From the human T2T-CHM13v2.0 reference genome, Homo sapiens: a stretch of 64,000 nucleotides of DNA. The stretch spans positions 1,472,001-1,536,000 of the forward strand of contig CP068257.2 in NCBI GenBank assembly GCA_009914755.4, read 5' to 3'. Each line of letters begins with the position of its first letter. The first letter of the stretch is position 1. The notes below the pieces were generated by a model, which did not search any database, had not been told where the DNA came from, and saw nothing but the letters and a program-made list of their open reading frames with translations. Positions 62,801-64,000 of this stretch are shown piece by piece. Both the position numbers and the translations under genes were made by a program.

Positions 62801-63450
62801 CCAAACTATACATTATATACTGTACATAAAATATGAAATTACATCAAATATATATTATATTAGGTACGTAAAATATGAAAGTACATCAAATATAGATTAT
62901 ATACTGTACATAATATATAAAAGAACCCCAAATATATATTATATACTGTACATGAAGTATCAAAATACACAAACTATATATTATATACTGTAGATAAAAT
63001 ATCAAAGTACCCAAGGTATATATTCTATACTGTACAAAAAATATCAAAGTACCCAAAGCATGTATTATATACTGTATATAAAATATGAAAGTACATCAAA
63101 TATATATTTTATTCTGTACATAAAATAACAAAGTACAACAGATATATATTTTATAGTGTACATAAAATATCAAAGTACCCAAACTATACATTACATACTG
63201 TACATAAAATATGGAATTACATCAAATATATATTATATTAGGTACATAAAATATGAAAGTACATCAAATATAGATTATATACCATACATAAAATCTAAAG
63301 GAACCCCAAATATATATGATATACTGTACATGAAATTTCAAAGTTCACAAACTATATATTATATACTGTAGATAAAATATCAAAGTACCCAAGGTATATA
63401 TTCTATACTGTAAAAAAAATATCAAAGTACCCACAGCATGTATTATATAC
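58000..63450. repeat. Paired blocks at offset 3737 bp (58.0-59.7 kb and 61.75-63.45 kb)
   Basis: 58034 <-> 61771 (211 aa, 3 differences), 58787(-) = 62524(-), 58873 <-> 62610 (2 differences), 59419 <-> 63156 (1 difference). 55642 <-> 61771 at offset 6129 = 2392+3737 with 1 difference. Confidence 0.75.
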
Positions 63451-64000
63451 TGTACATAAAATATGAAAGTACATCAAATATATATTTTATTCTGTACATA
63501 AAATAACAAAGTACACCAGATATATATTTTATAGTGTACATAAAATATGAAATTACCCAAACTATACATTACATACTGTACATAAAATATGGAATTACAT
63601 CTAATATATATTATATTAGGTACGTAAAATATGAAAGTACATCAAATATAGATTATATACCATACATAAAATATAAAGGAAACCCAAATATATATGATAT
63701 ACTGTACATGAAATATCAAAGTTCACAAACTATATATTATATACTGTAGATAAAATATCAAAGTACCCAAGGTATATATTCTATACTGTAAAAAAAATAT
63801 CAAAGTACCCAAAGCATGTATTATATACTGTACATAAAATATGAAAGCACATCAAATATATATTATATTAGGTACATAAAATATGAAAGTACATAAAATA
63901 TAAATGATATACTGTACATAAAATATCAAAGTAGCCCAAATATATATTATACAGTGTACATGAAATATCAAAATTTACAAAATATATATTATATAATGTA

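Larger units (their letters stand above)
1..64000. repeat. Satellite DNA array, ~42-bp monomer, head-to-tail in one orientation across the entire window, running off both window ends
   Basis: Every line carries the motif tgtacat-aaaatatcaaagtac with a ~42-bp period. The reverse-complement motif gtactttgatatt never appears, so there is no inversion. ORF-track products have one uniform composition (YILYIKYQST...) from start to end with no foreign-composition gaps. Positions 1-3 are the tail of a monomer, and 63961-64000 end mid-monomer. Confidence 0.95.
50396..64000. repeat. Subfamily-II domain with the same 42-bp monomer family but new diagnostic variants and irregular, truncated HORs
   Basis: First tgtaGataaaatatcaaag variant at 50396. 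Variants ...ataaaggaaccccaaatatatatgatatac (from ~50700), ...caaagtagcccaaatatatattatacag and ...caaaatttacaaaatatatattatataa (from ~51200) are absent upstream. Repeat offsets here are 588, 839, 965, 1427, 2392, 2519 and 3737 bp, all multiples of ~42 but not of 9 monomers. Confidence 0.8.

Noticed and set aside
1-64000. CRISPR array (regular ~42-bp repeats)
   Set aside because: The repeats are directly contiguous with no unique spacers between them. There is no leader and no cas genes. The array is 64+ kb of AT-rich satellite with HOR structure.
1-64000. Telomeric, subtelomeric or rDNA-IGS repeat
   Set aside because: No G-rich short telomere motif is present. No rRNA or other conserved gene sequences are present. 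The window contains a single monomer family only.
1-64000. A novel gene system hidden in the window
   Set aside because: After reading through the whole window I found no stretch that departs from the satellite monomer. With no unique sequence there is nowhere for such a system to reside.

Overview
The whole 64-kb window is one uninterrupted, head-to-tail tandem array of an AT-rich (~76% A+T) satellite DNA. The basic monomer is ~42 bp, with consensus tgtacataaaatatcaaagtacccaaactatacattatatac. Nine diverged monomer variants are arranged in a 373/378-bp higher-order repeat (HOR). Every ORF in the supplied track is a translation of this repeat; the products are Tyr/Ile/Lys-rich low-complexity strings that recur with the HOR period, and frame closure depends only on a 5-bp indel in one monomer. 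I could find no credible protein-coding gene, RNA gene, transposon insertion, CRISPR array or unique-sequence island anywhere in the window. The window starts and ends inside the array. The structure indicates a eukaryotic satellite, plausibly centromeric or pericentromeric, though that is inference. I see no evidence for a novel gene system. The real content is multi-level repeat architecture:
1. A subfamily-I domain (1 to ~50.4 kb) with a regular 9-monomer HOR.
2. A sharp switch at ~50.4 kb to a subfamily-II domain with different diagnostic monomers and irregular HORs.
3. Several recent, near-identical super-repeats with periods of 1.26, 2.53, ~8.0 (13.64-kb offset), 2.39, 2.52 and 3.74 kb.
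4. Two older, more diverged zones (17.1-19.7 kb and 46.4-50.4 kb) separating the homogenised blocks.
Coordinates of large blocks are approximate (within about +/-100 bp), because the boundaries are fuzzy in a repeat of this kind.
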